Positions 26,356-39,538 of a stretch of DNA of 64,000 nucleotides are shown here, piece by piece. Position 1 is the first letter of the stretch. Each line of letters begins with the position of its first letter. Under the pieces are notes generated by a model, which worked only from the letters and a program-made list of their open reading frames with translations, did no database searches and was not told the origin of the DNA. Origin of the DNA: Octopus vulgaris (taxonomy: Eukaryota); assembly GCA_951406725.2 (NCBI GenBank), contig OX597827.1, positions 50,840,001-50,904,000 on the forward strand. Direction: 5' to 3'. Position numbers and translations under genes: made by a program.

Positions 26356-26996
26356 GTTGTCAGTTCACAATGCACTACTTTGTTTATGCTACTGTCACTT
26401 GGAAGCCCTCTGACATAAAAGTGATAAATGACTCTCTCTTAACGGAGCGTATACATGCACGTGCCGATACACATACCTATATCCATGTGTAGGTATACAT
26501 GCTTACGTAAATGCATAGATGTGTGTACATACTTATGTGAATACGTGTACATAAATGTATGTATATACGATAGTGCTTTTTAATATAGATATATACATTA
26601 TGTTTATTCTTTATATGTTGGATATTCCTTCAAAACATGTCAGTTATTTTTTTTTATTGATAGAATATATGATAAGCAATAAGTGTTATTTGGTACACTT
26701 TAAAATAGAAGTAAGGATAAACAAAAATAGACAATGTCATACACTTGAAATAGTATATGAGAGAAATGAAGTAAAAAAAAAACACTAACTTCAAAATATG
26801 CAATTATAAATATTTGAGTAGATGTGATTTTGAAATCTACATTTTGTTTTTGAGATATATATTAAGAAAGGATAAAAACAAAATTACTTCAACATAAGAA
26901 CCGTTTTAACAATTCATTCTGCTTTTTCCCACTTTTTCACTCCGAGCCATTGTTTTCCCAAGTTATTTTCTCCTTGATTAGGTTGAAAGAAATTCT

Positions 26997-27037
<41 letters not shown>

Positions 27038-28029
27038 TCTCGTTCTCTCTCTCTCTCTCTCTTTCTCTTTCTCTCTTTCTCTCTCTCTTCCTTCCTTATA
27101 GGGTGATAACACATATCTGGATTTTCCCACAGTTTTTGATAAGCCATTTCTGGCAAATTAAGAAGATTTTTCTCACTCTCTTAAGAGAATAGTATATGAT
27201 ATTAAATGACTATGCAGTAGTGAGGGTCTGTGTAAGAAGTAATGAATGAGCTTGAGATTATTTCTCCAGAAGGAGTGTTTGGTTTGTGCTAATTAATTGA
27301 TTGGAACTGACGGAAGACAATGATACAAATTTATATATTTATTTTATATTGCTTTTTTGTGAACATAAGCGACGTTGATTAAATGTTTCCAACAGGTCAG
27401 TCATTTCCAACGATAGGGATCACAATGAAGGGTTTGTGTTTTCAGTAGCCTTTACGAAGAGAAATATTATTTTACTACTGAAATCTCTGCCGAAGGATTC
27501 TATTAAATTTGCAGTTAATCATTAAAGTTTTCATTATATAAAACACTTTAAACGAGATTATTGTTATAATAATCGTTAGCATAATCTTCATTGGTAAAAG
27601 AAAGTAACTACTTTTATATAGAAGCTCTATGTTTTGGGAAAATAGTGATAATAGAGATAAGAATTGTTTAGAGAATAAATAACACAAACCATTCACACGA
27701 AAACACTAACTTCACTATTGTTTTTCATGAGATAGTATCCCTGACCAATTCTATTTTTCTACACAATCAAGTCTACTTTTTTGTACCTTTATTATTCTTC
27801 TATTAATTATTTTGCAAATTTGAGTTAGTCCATACTTCGCTTATGAGGTCATTAAAAGACCAAAGCATGCACCAATTTATCTCCAGTAATTGCTGAAAAA
27901 GCTAAAATCTCGTTAAGTCAATGACAAATATATATTTTTTCCTAACTGTAAGATTATTTCTAAGTTTTTTTGGTTTTTTTGTGTGGTGGTGGTATGCTGG
28001 CTACATAAATAGTTGTCACTAACTTTTAA

Positions 28030-28215
28030 AGATTGGTTTCAAATTCTGGTGCAAGGCCAGCAATTTCGGGGGAGGAGGTAAAGTCGATTATATCAACCCC
28101 AGTGTTTGACTTATTTTATAAGGGATAAAGAGCAAAGTCGACTCCGGCGGCATTTGAACTCAGAACGTAAAATCGGGAGAAATGCCTTCAAGCATTTTCT
28201 TCGGTGTGTTAACGA
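28030..28215 (-). mobile_element. SINE family A (degenerate)
   Basis: aagtcgactccggcggcatttgaactcagaacgtaa is the reverse complement of the family A head. Confidence 0.75.
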
Positions 28216-28750
28216 TTAAAATACATAAGTATTGAGATAAAACAAGAGAGAAGTGCAAAGTGGGGTTAAAGTTCGGTTGATCAAGATATAGAATATGGTG
28301 CAGTAGTAGAGGGTAGTGGTGAGGGTGTAACAAAAGCAACTCTGAATCATTGGTGCTGACACGATAACAGTAAGTTAGTTAATAATGCATTGATGAGTAA
28401 ATGTTTGAATAGAGGAGATAAACGATACCGATTGAACAAATGTGTCAGTCCCTAGATGTCAATAGTTAATTGTTAATTATAGTTAATTAATGACAATAAC
28501 GAAATTAAGGAAAATAATCCTATAGTAAACATGAGCGAGATTTAATGACAAACTAGGAAGGGGAGGATAATGAGGACTGAAATGAAGTGAGATAATTAGT
28601 GGTGACTACAGTGGATTGGATAAGAAAATGAAAACGAAGAAAATGACCTGACCAGGAACAATACTGAAGGTTTAAGGGGTGGGAGTAGAAAGTTAGAATA
28701 ATGATGAAATTGAGAAATTAACGTAAAATAAGAGACAGAAAAATAATGTA

Positions 28751-29179
28751 GAACCTTTTCGGTTTGAACGGCAGTTTTTAACATAATTTCTAGGTAACTA
28801 AAAAAATTTTAAACTTCGTGTACTGGTAGAATGTGTTTATAAAACATCTTTTTCTCTTGGCTTTATTGAGAAAATTCTATGGTTTGTAAGATATTTGTTG
28901 TTGTGTTTTTTCTTCAATTTCTGCAATTTCAACCAATCAGTGACGTCTATTGAAGTAAAAAAAACATTCTGTGCCGTATGAATATGTCCCTCGTTTAAGA
29001 AACAGATTGGGTTTATTTACATTTCTGAAGAGAAAAAGATACCCTTCCCCCCACCCCTAACCCTAACCCTAACCCTAAAACATTGAAATGCAATAGATCG
29101 ATAATAGGGTCATAATTATGGGTGACAATTTCATATGACACCGCTAGAAACAAAACTGCCGTTCAAACCGAAAAGATCC
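28751..29179 (-). mobile_element. Merlin-like MITE copy 2
   Basis: Same TIRs; perfect 8-bp TSD ataatgta (28743-28750/29180-29187); (CCCTAA)4. Confidence 0.92.
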
Positions 29180-30033
29180 ATAATGTAAATTAAAAGGCGA
29201 TTCTAATAATTGAAAAAGAAAGGTAATTGTATTTTATTCTCTATGAAACAAGATGGCTACAATCATACTGGATATCAGCGATGTTACTAATTTAAACATG
29301 AGATGCTAAATCACGGAGTGTTCAGAAACAAAGAAATAACTGCAGTATTTCAAACACATTCTGAATCTTTCAGAAAAGGAGAGTTTCTACAGATTTATTA
29401 GTAAGGTCATTGTTTATGTTATTTGGTTAAAATCTTTACACAAACATCGCCTTGGTTTGCTGCTTTTACCTGCTAAATATGGCTAGGATAATTAGTGTCA
29501 GGTTGAATGTGTATTGGTATTCTCTGTGTTCTTCAAACCAGAAATATGTGAAAATTTTGAAGAAAAAGGGAAAAAAAAAACCGGCTGAAAAATCTATTAA
29601 TAAACAAACCTTTAGAATAAGAGAAATGTATTGAAAGGAAAAACGAAACAGAAAATAAGAAGTGTGTTCATATGTGTGTATTTGCGAATGTATCTCAGTG
29701 TATACATATATCTATGTGTGTAGGTGTGTGTGAATGTTCCTCAGTCTTCGTGAAATATATGTTTCTTGGTTTTCGTATGCATATCAATATAAGTGCACAA
29801 CTATGTATATCAGTATGTCCTTGTCTGTGTACTTTTCGTTTTGTATCTCTTGCTTGCCTATATGTAAATGGTATGTGTTTAAGATTCTATTACGGTGTGC
29901 TTATCATTGGCTTAAGCTGTCCCACATATCACTTTAACGTCATTCAAAATGTTTTACACATTTCTATAGGTGTTGTTGTTATTGTGAACTTGTACTTAGT
30001 AACACACAAGGATTTTCAAATATATGCGCGCTA

Positions 30034-30081
<48 letters not shown>

Positions 30082-30085
<4 letters not shown>

Positions 30086-30234
30086 AGAGTTTACGAAAAA
30101 AACAAAAGACGAAGACAGGTGGTGTACAAAACAAACAGATGTATTAGTATAACGCTCAGGAATACAAAAAGTCTTTTACGTTTCGAGCCTACGCTCTTCT
30201 ACAGAAAGGGACACAGAAAAAACAAGGAGAGAAA
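30082..30234 (-). mobile_element. (TA)n-embedded PLE-type mini-element with minimal variant hammerhead (30171-30212)
   Basis: Minus: cttt-CTGTAGA-a gagc gtag gctc-GAAA-cg-TA-aaag; near-identical copy at 38819-38999. Confidence 0.7.
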
Positions 30235-30238
30235 TATA

Positions 30239-30274
<36 letters not shown>

Positions 30275-30312
30275 TGTATGTACGTACGTATGTATGTACG
30301 TACGTATGTATG

Positions 30313-30362
<50 letters not shown>

Positions 30363-30388
30363 AATATATATATATGTGTGTGTGTGTG

Positions 30389-30429
<41 letters not shown>

Positions 30430-30435
30430 TACATA

Positions 30436-30471
<36 letters not shown>

Positions 30472-30584
30472 TGTATGTATACTCACACACATACACAGAT
30501 ATACGTACAATTGTTTGTATGCATGTATATATATATGCATATATTTTCTGTTATTGTTATTTTTAATGTTCGATTATTCGATTT

Positions 30585-30654
<70 letters not shown>

Positions 30655-30658
<4 letters not shown>

Positions 30659-30840
30659 GTAAATGTAATATGTGACAATTATTCGGTAGCCGTGATAAAA
30701 GTCCGAGTTTCGAATATCGGGGCGGAAACCCACGCCGGCATCTCTTCAGTTATCGGGCAATCGGAAAAAATGGTATGACATCCGAAACTCGGAGGTTTAT
30801 CATGGCTACCGAATAATGGTCGCATATCATATTTACAGAT
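30655..30840 (-). mobile_element. Fold-back mini-element (~64-bp arms) with hammerhead at 30694-30754
   Basis: Arms 30655-30718/30777-30840; minus: gataa-CTGAAGA-gatgccgg...ccgatattc-GAAA-ctcgga(c)TT-ttatc. Confidence 0.7.
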
Positions 30841-30895
30841 AAATTCCTCTATTTACATAATATCGAGGTCTCCTTCATCCTTTTGCTGTCTTGAC

Positions 30896-30949
<54 letters not shown>

Positions 30950-31022
30950 GCAGAGATACTCCGAAAGCAACTGAAGTGGCAGTACTGACAGACCCTTAAA
31001 TTTCCCACGTATATGTGTGTGC

Positions 31023-31072
<50 letters not shown>

Positions 31073-32324
31073 AAAACATACATAAGAATAGTGGTGAAAC
31101 ATTCCCAACAAAATTGCGTCAAAATCAAACATAACATGCCTGATATTTTCATTTGGAACAGAAAAAAAATCATGTGTAGTCGTAGAGGTAAGCTATCCTA
31201 AGGCTGGTGTTAACTAAAATCAGTACGATTGGTAAAAGTAAGGACAACTGCTTCGAAACCTCCAAGCATCTATATGCTTATAACAAGTTCACATTTACAC
31301 CAATAATTATTGCTGCCTATGTTTATGAATGCTTAAGGAATAATCAGGAAAGTCTCGACTTTGAAGTCAAAGTAACCAGCTAACACACACTTGACAGAGA
31401 TGTAAGCGGAAGAGTAAAATTATGCAAGACTTTTCAAAATGTAACATTTACTGATTTTGTTATTGAAATTCCAGTGATGGAGCTTTGTTTCTTTGTTTTA
31501 AAAAAGAAAACAGCTTCTTCTTTGTGGGAGGAATTCAAACATACATAAATATTTTGTATTTACTGTGCCGTGAATTGGTAACGTTTATAACTAGCTGTCT
31601 ACAATCAACTAACTAGCTATTAGATTAAAAGATGCCATCATTATTTCTATAACAGATCTGTCAGAATACATTTGTTCATTGGTTTATATTGTTATCGTTA
31701 TTTTAACAATACCTGTAATATATAAACAGTAATTTCGTAAAAATCTGTTGTTCAATTTCCGGTACATTATATTTTTGCCCTAGTTTTACTTTTCAATATT
31801 TCTTCACCAGCCCTGCTTTTCACTCTATAATTATGTAAAACAAAAAAGAAAACATTGATTTAATGATTGTTATTATTTCCACGAAAAAATTTCAAGTTGA
31901 ACTGACAAGAAATATATATTTCAGAATCTAGTTTGTTTGTTTGTTTTTTTATATATTTGACATATAAGATATATATGTTAATCAATCGATTCTTCACAAT
32001 CTTCATGAAACCAAAGATACTTAATGTGGGTGACATAAAATGTATGCAGTTGATTAAGTGAATGTTATGTGAAACTAAAAGCGACGAGTGAATTATTGCT
32101 CGCACAAGGGAGATAAGATGCTAAGTAAACTCTAAATTACAAAGTAATCAATGTGGCCTTAGATTATTAGTTTCCATTTCTTGCCTTTCGAAACTGTTAT
32201 TGTTTAGTCGTAGTCTACTCTAACGTAGTTGATAGATCATGCCAAGCATTCAAACTATGTCTATTCGCAGTTTAAGGACAATGTACGACTACTGTATCTA
32301 ATTCGGTGCTTCTCAGTCTTTTGT

Positions 32325-32860
32325 ATCTATCTATCCGCTCAGTCGAAGTCGACACTCGGTCACTCGTTGGATCAGTGTCCTCCAGTCAGTTCTATCCTGG
32401 GCCGCTTCTTTCAGATTGGCTATGTCCATTCCGGTATCCCTCTTGATGGTGTCAAGCCAGCGGGTTCTTGGTCGGCCTCTTCCTCTCTTGCCACTGACCA
32501 TTCCGAGCATGATGTCCTTCTCCAGGGATTTTCTCCTCATAATATGACCGAAATATGCCAATCTACGCTTGGTGGTCCCAGCTTCTAGCGACATTTTCGG
32601 CCTGATCTGCTTAAGAACTTCTCCATTGGTGAGCCTCGCTGTTCACGGAATCCGTAAAAGTCTTCTCCAATACCAAAGCTCGAATGCATTAATTCTCTTC
32701 TGGTCATGATGTTAGTGTTTTTGTTGGTATTGGCTGAGTAATTCTAGTGGAATACCATCAGTACCTGGGGCTTTTCGGTTGGCCAGCTGTTTCATTGCCC
32801 ATACCACCTCATCCTCCAGGATGTCTGGCTCTAGTTCCAGTTCCAGTTGCTTCTCTTCTG
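32325..32860 (-). mobile_element. RTE (BovB-like) LINE remnant with internal deletion
   Basis: PDILEDEVVWAMKQLANRKAPGTDGIPLE joined to RINAFELWYWRRLLRI and LAYFGHIMRRKSLEKDIMLGMVSGKRGRGRPRTRWLD...AAQDRTDWR; (AGAT)n tail. Confidence 0.88.
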
Positions 32861-34253
32861 CCTGTTCATTGTGATACAATGGAAATCAAGCAAAACAATT
32901 ACTGGCACATTTCGTATTAACTGTTTTCTAAAATATTTAAAGTTGAGTATTCAGAGACAAAAAGTTACAAAATTTGTTTGCCTTGTCTTATCAATTATAC
33001 TTGCGTATTCCAGAAACAGACGATCAAGCATTTTAAAGCTTTAGATTATAATTTTTTTTTAATCTGCGGCATACCAGTGCACGGTGATGCTCTGATTGCA
33101 AACCATCAACTGAATGCGTCTTGCGCTTATATAATACGGTAGGGCACAATTTAAAGGAAATTTGCTGCAGATAAACGATCACAGAGAAGCTTCCTCATTA
33201 GCTCGTTGTCTGCCAATATTTGCAAGTTTGTGAAATAGGAGCATTAGAGTAGCACTGTTTTTTACCATCCATATATTTTCTTTTACTTGCTTAATTAGAA
33301 GAGGACTGGTAGCGCCTCCGAAGTAAGGATGAGAAAGGAAAAAAAAAAAGTATCTTCAAACTGGAGATTTTGTCTTAATATTTACAACTGAGTAGTCACT
33401 CAGCTAAAGGCAGATAGGGATCAGATGGTGATGCAAAACTGGGTCACCAATTTGGACGATTACCAGAAGAGAATGGTTCCCTCCGACTTGACGTCCAGAC
33501 ATTTTCTGTCAACCAAATTTCATTATCAAAGCTTCGATCGACCATTTTATGTTTTCATCAATCGTTCAAGTATTTCTGGATAAAAATAGAAAAGTATTAT
33601 AAGTAGTGTACCGACGCACTTTCTCAAATTTGCATTGTGTAGTTTTACAAAACCAACTTTAACAAAAGTACTCAACTTGTATTTTCTGTCCCGAAGGACA
33701 TCGTCCGGTCTTTTATGTTTCCATCTTCTGAATAGTTTAATTGCTGAAAACTTTAGTATATGTAATTCCATTTTCTTAAAATTCTTCAGTAGACAAAACT
33801 TGAGTGATTTCTAGTATTCCACAGGGCATTCATTCCAAACAGTTACTATAGAAGTATCTCCATACATTTGAGATACTAAAATATACCCGGATATAAACGT
33901 TTCTAGTGATTATAGTAAGGGAAATTAAAGAAACATCTTATTTTAGGAAAAAGTATTCGAAACCATGTTTGGATATTTGGGTGTGGGTTAAAGTTAACTA
34001 TAGAAAATTACGGCGAGGACTACAATTAAAAACTAGATTAGTTGTTGAGTTTAGTGTTTCAGTTTACTCGGTGGGCGTGTTGTCAATCCCTGTGCAAGTG
34101 GAAATCACTCATGTTGAACAAGTGCCATCACAAGTTAGAAAATAGCTAATGTATTGGGTATGGATAACTAAATGAGAACAATTGCCTTTGCAGATGGGAT
34201 AAAAGACTCGGTTCAAAATCCTCCAAAACTTTACCGAGTACGAGACACACAGG

Positions 34254-34295
34254 TACCTAAAGAAGGTTGGAGGATATAACGGCCGAAATATTGTG
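34254..34295 (+). ncRNA. Decayed minimal hammerhead motif (PLE terminal repeat remnant)
   Basis: tac-CTAAAGA-a ggttg...cggcc-GAAA-tatt-gtg; core G5 mutated. Confidence 0.45.
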
Positions 34296-35669
34296 ACTAT
34301 AACAACCTAGATGGGGATACAAGCCTGAATTTATTAGAATATAATAATTACTTAAGTACATTGGATAATTGTAGTGAGAGGGGTAATCTATGATGTGTCT
34401 GTTTATACAGCTGCTTTTATGAAGAGCTTTATTAAATCGGATACACCGATTTGCACAAATGATACATTCTTGGTGGCTAGTTTTATTACCAAATTACTGC
34501 CATGTTAGTAGTGTTCCTTTTGTTATAACATTCACAATTAATTTATTGATTGAAGCCAACACTGCATGTGAAAATTAAATTCAACCATATACCCTGGACT
34601 GTCGTTAACGATTGTTTTTTATACAGTCATATCGTAGATAGGAAAAATTTTCTTAGAAACTAGTTCTATAAATTATTACACTCTAGCTTTACACTCTGGC
34701 GCGGAATAAGTCGAGAGACGAACCGCGCCAAATGCCAACCAATCAGAGCAGTGGACACAACAGAGTTAAATTAGCCAAAGATGGCTCTAATCTCAAACGA
34801 GATCATTCTTATTGTGTCTCTCAAAGAGTGGGGATATCAATATCGCTACACCACCATCATCTTAACGTCGTCAACATCATCTCTACGTACACAACTCAAC
34901 AAGCAACTCGCCCTAGTTCCAATACTTCACTGTTCGTAAATTACTTCACCATGTATCAACTGCGAATATACAACCTGCGAGAACTCCTGTACCAAGTGAC
35001 CCAGGGTACCGCATTACAACTACAACTTCGTACGACATGTCCCGCAACCGGTTCAGTATCTTGGCCGCTACTTCTTAATACAGTATTTCAATTACCGTGT
35101 GCAACTGACTACGAGCTGGTATTTCTCATTCTTGTGTCTATGAATATTCGTCTAACTTCTCGGTATAGACTCTTTCACTGTCTCCTTCATTGCTATTCAT
35201 ACATCCATGACTATGCACACATACACTTTGTTCTCATGACGGCCTGTCTATTATTCTGTCTATTATTCTGTATACATGACGCACTCACAGACACACATGT
35301 TAACATATCAATAAATTTTCTCTTAACTATTCTACTCGATTGTGTCTCCCTTTTCTCTCTGGCACATAAATGTATTATTCATTTTCTTCTTTATTATATC
35401 GACCGTGTGATGTGCAAATGAGACTCATTCTCGTTACCTCTCATCGCCCGGTCCTTACAAACTATTTAGATATTGAAGTCATTATAATCCTCACGCAGAA
35501 TCAGTTTGACATTGTGATATAAGGTTGGGACCCATAATTACAAGCACTGTCTGTCAATTGAACTGCTCAAAATTTCCAGCGATTTAGTTTCATTTAGACT
35601 TCAGTCTACCCAAGACTATGATACAAAACAGTACACTCAGATACTACACAGTGGGAGCGAGTAAGGAGC

Positions 35670-36270
35670 CTCATGACTGCAAAGCGAAGTTCTTACAACT
35701 GAAGGCTTCCTTAAGAGATGCTTGCATCATCTCTCCTGACACATGGGAGGGCATAGCTATTGATCGTAGCAGGTGGAGAAGGATTGTGCACGAGGGGACA
35801 GCTACTTTGGAGAAATCTCGAGTTGCGCATGAGAAAGTGAGGAGGGATGTCAGGAAGGGCATCGCTGTTACACTTCCAGATGGGAAGGGTCTTCCTATGA
35901 TACTGACATGCAGTGTCTGTGCAAGACCCTGCCTCAGTAAAGCTAGACTCAAGTGTCATCTTCGTAGTCATAAAGCGAGACAAATGAGTAACAACCTGGC
36001 AACTGGTGGTGGTGCTACACGCTATACTAATCATATCTGTCAAGCATGTGGAAGAGTGTAATTCGGCAGGAGTACTTAAACGACATGCAAAGGTACATGA
36101 AGCCCAGTTACAACTACAACCGGTGAATACCGGTAAAGGTTTTAGCTGCCAATTCTGTACAAGACATTGTAGATCTTTAGCTGGGCTAAAAAGTCACATT
36201 CGATCACAGCACCAATAACAGTTAAGCTTCGTGCAATGGCCATACTCGATAACGAGGCAGCCATCATCAT
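35670..36270 (+). mobile_element. RTE LINE 3' end with three C2H2-like zinc fingers
   Basis: LKASL...WEGIAIDRSRWRRIVHEG; CSVC..LKCHLRSH, CQAC..LKRHAKVH (2-nt frameshift), CQFC..GLKSHIRSQH; 3' hairpin region and (CAT)n tail. Confidence 0.82.
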
Positions 36271-36329
36271 GTATGTATGTATGTATGTATGTATGTATGT
36301 ATGTATGTATGTATGTATGTATGTATGTA

Positions 36330-36360
<31 letters not shown>

Positions 36361-37321
36361 ATGTATGTATGTATGTATGTATGTATGTATGTATGCGAAT
36401 ACATGTTTGGAAAATGGCTTTGGCCTTCTAACGCATATATGAATACATGAGCGAGTGAATATGATATATAATATACTTAGTTTAACAGTCAGTCAAGGGT
36501 GTATGTCATGTATATACGTTGTTGGTGTTTAATAAAAAAAAAAACATAATCCTATGGTTAAAGGTGTTTCAGAAAAGTGCGTTCCACCATTTTAAATATC
36601 CAGAACTGCATTATCCAATATGCTTTTTCCTTTGTAAGACGTCGGGGTTTGATATGAGGGTAATTTGAGTGCTATTTCTAGCAGATGAAGCGACTACGCA
36701 GAAGCTGCGTCTCTGTGGGTTTCAGCGCATGCCTATATGTTTGATAATATTGTTGTATTTAACTACTAAATGAGGTAGCTGAAGTGAATATCATCTTGTA
36801 ATTAGCCCTTACTCATGTGTAAACAAATCTTATGTATTTATATGGAAATAAATGTATCATCTACATGAGAGAACTTCTAGTTATTTAGAACAGTTATTCT
36901 ATCGTTAAGTTGATTCCCGACTATTTCAATAAATGTTATCTCATTTTAAAAGGAAATTTACTATTTGTTTATCGGAGAAGAAGAGAACATATTAAAAAAA
37001 TATATAAACGAAACGGGGAAAAGAAATTTGTTAGGAAAAAATAAACTAATTCTTGCTTAAGATTGAGAAAAATTGGAAAGTTCAGGTGAATTCATATTGC
37101 CTTAAACAATAGCTGAACAAATTTAATCTAAAAACAGATTTATAGAAAAATATTTCTTACAAACAGTGTCTCCAAATATATACTTATCTGCATGTGGTAA
37201 ATATAGTCATGCGACTATATTTTCTGGGTCATAGGAGTATGTGTATATAGATAGGTATCTCTGTGAGAATATTATAACATGAATTACTTGAGTGTGTGTA
37301 AGTGTGAGTTAGTGTGCAAGC

Positions 37322-37362
<41 letters not shown>

Positions 37363-37427
37363 TGACAGTGTGTGCGTGAGTGAGTGTGCAAGCACATATA
37401 TATATACATATATATACATATATATAC

Positions 37428-37475
<48 letters not shown>

Positions 37476-37515
37476 ATGGGTATAAGTAAGTATTTCATTT
37501 ATTCCTTTGCCGCAT

Positions 37516-37553
37516 TTATCACTGATGAATTAACTCTGAAATCGGGTCCGATA
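37516..37553 (+). ncRNA. Degenerate minimal hammerhead motif
   Basis: tatca-CTGATGA-attaactct-GAAA-tcggg-TC-cgata next to a (TA)n tract; helices II and III weak. Confidence 0.45.
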
Positions 37554-37894
37554 TGGTAATAACGGAATTTTTCTAGAAATTTCTGTCGGCTTTCTTCGAG
37601 ACACGTACTTACAGTGATATATTTCTTTATTGCCCTCAAGGGGCTAAACATATATTATATGGTTATTGACGAAGTGTCTATTTTCGGCATATTTGACATT
37701 AGAAAATATTTTTCTTTTGCCCTTGTTTATAAGTTGTTTATATATATATATATTATAAATTCGCTTAGAGTAACGTTAAGGGTATGCAAATAAAACTCCA
37801 ATTTCATTATGCCAGCTACCGTCTAATGATACTGACTAGTGAGTCAGTTTTTCGGGGTTATGTCATGGTTCTATCCTACCAAGTACACACAAAA

Positions 37895-38113
37895 AGTGGC
37901 TGTGTGGTAAGAAGCTTGCTTCCCAACTTCATGGTTCCGGGTTCAGACCCACTGCGTGGCACCTTGGGCATGTGTTTTCTACTTATCCTCATCTTGTTTG
38001 TTGTGCTTTGTACTGTAGCCTCGGATCGACCAAAGTTTTGTGAGTGGATTTGGCAGACGGAAACCGAAAGAATCCTGCCGTGTGTGTGTACGTGTGTGTG
38101 TGTGTATACGTGC

Positions 38114-38145
<32 letters not shown>

Positions 38146-38349
38146 GTACCCCAGCTATCGCTTGACAACCGATGCTGGTGTGTTTATGTCCCCGTAATTT
38201 AGCAGTTCGACAAAAAGACTGATAGAGTAAGTTTTAGGCTTACAAAGTATAAGTCCAGAGGTCGATTTCTTCGACTAAAGCCCTTTAAGGTGGTGCTCCA
38301 GTATTGCCACAGTCAAATAATTGAAACAAGTAAGAAGGTAAAAGAGTAA
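37895..38349 (+). mobile_element. SINE family B, with its 3' ~100 bp repeated at 38460-38560
   Basis: gtggctgtgtggtaagaagcttgcttccc...ggttccgggttcag head; family tail present twice. Confidence 0.85.
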
Positions 38350-38784
38350 GACACTCTCCATAACGATCATGAAATTTCAGGACTCCAGAACACTGTTTAT
38401 TGACGAACAAATACTTTAAGAAGGAATTGTTATGCAAAACTGATATGTCCAGTGGACAAAGTATAAGTCCAAAGGTCGATTTCTTCGACTAAAACCCTTT
38501 AAGGTGATGCTCCAGCATCACCGCAGTCAAATGACTGAAACAAGTAAGAGGGTAAAAGATCGTATTACAGATAAAGTAAATATGTGGCAGCATACATCTC
38601 TAAACAGCCGTATTAGCATACATACAATCAACGTATAAGATACACCCACAAAATATTGAGTTTTTATTTCTAACGTGTGTTCTTAGTACGCCAGCGCTAA
38701 GATGAACGTAAACATTTTATATCATTTACTGAATGGGCAAGGAATGATCTTGGATGGAACTACAAAACGCCTCTCTCTCTCTCT

Positions 38785-38818
<34 letters not shown>

Positions 38819-38822
<4 letters not shown>

Positions 38823-38999
38823 GGAGTTTACGAAAAAAACAAAAGACGTAGACAGGTGGTGTACAAAACAAACAGATGTATAACGCTCAGGAATAGAAAA
38901 AGTATTTTACGTTTCGAGCCTACGCTCTTCTACAGAAAGGGACACAGAAAAAACAAGGAGAGAAACAAGGAGAGAAAAATATATAGTCCCTACTCCTTA
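38819..38999 (-). mobile_element. Second copy of the (TA)n-embedded mini-element, variant hammerhead at 38902-38943
   Basis: Near-identical to 30082-30234, including the CTGTAGA core. Confidence 0.7.
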
Positions 39000-39489
39000 A
39001 ATATATATATATATATATATATATGCAGTATAACATACTGTATGCCCTACTCCCAATTATCAACCAACTTGCAGCAAATTGCAGCAACCAACTCATCAAC
39101 AAATTGCAACAACAGCGTGTCCATGTAGTGAATACAACCACACAGACAATATTCGATCGCACTATATACACAAAGGTCGACTGAGAAACAATATAGTGAC
39201 TGCCTGAGAGGCAGATATATTACAGGCATATGACGCAAATGCGTGGAAGCATAAATGTATAAAATACATGCAAACATATTCACATAGACACATATACACC
39301 ATAGCCAAGCGCAACCACAATGGAAACAACCAACATTATAAACTCTGAATGATTAATCTCTTTTGTATACGTTTCCGTTTTTTTTTTTATATAAGTTCGT
39401 GATTGCTTGACATCTCACCGTAATTTTAAAACATTCATACCACATACTCTCACCATCTAAATTGTAAAGTTGCAATCTATTATTCAAAC

Positions 39490-39538
39490 GCCGATTGAAT
39501 GAGTGCGAACTTATTCGCACGAGACCGATGGCATCAGC
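39490..39538 (+). ncRNA. Decayed hammerhead motif related to the Naiad-type one
   Basis: gccga-TTGAATGA-gtgcgaa ctta ttcgcac-GAGA-cc gat gg-CA-tcagc; perfect 7-bp helix II, core mutated. Confidence 0.55.

Noticed and set aside
34732-35459. 229-aa ORF / possible LTR ending in ccttaca
   Set aside because: No recognisable protein motif; only one LTR-like terminus found and no TSD
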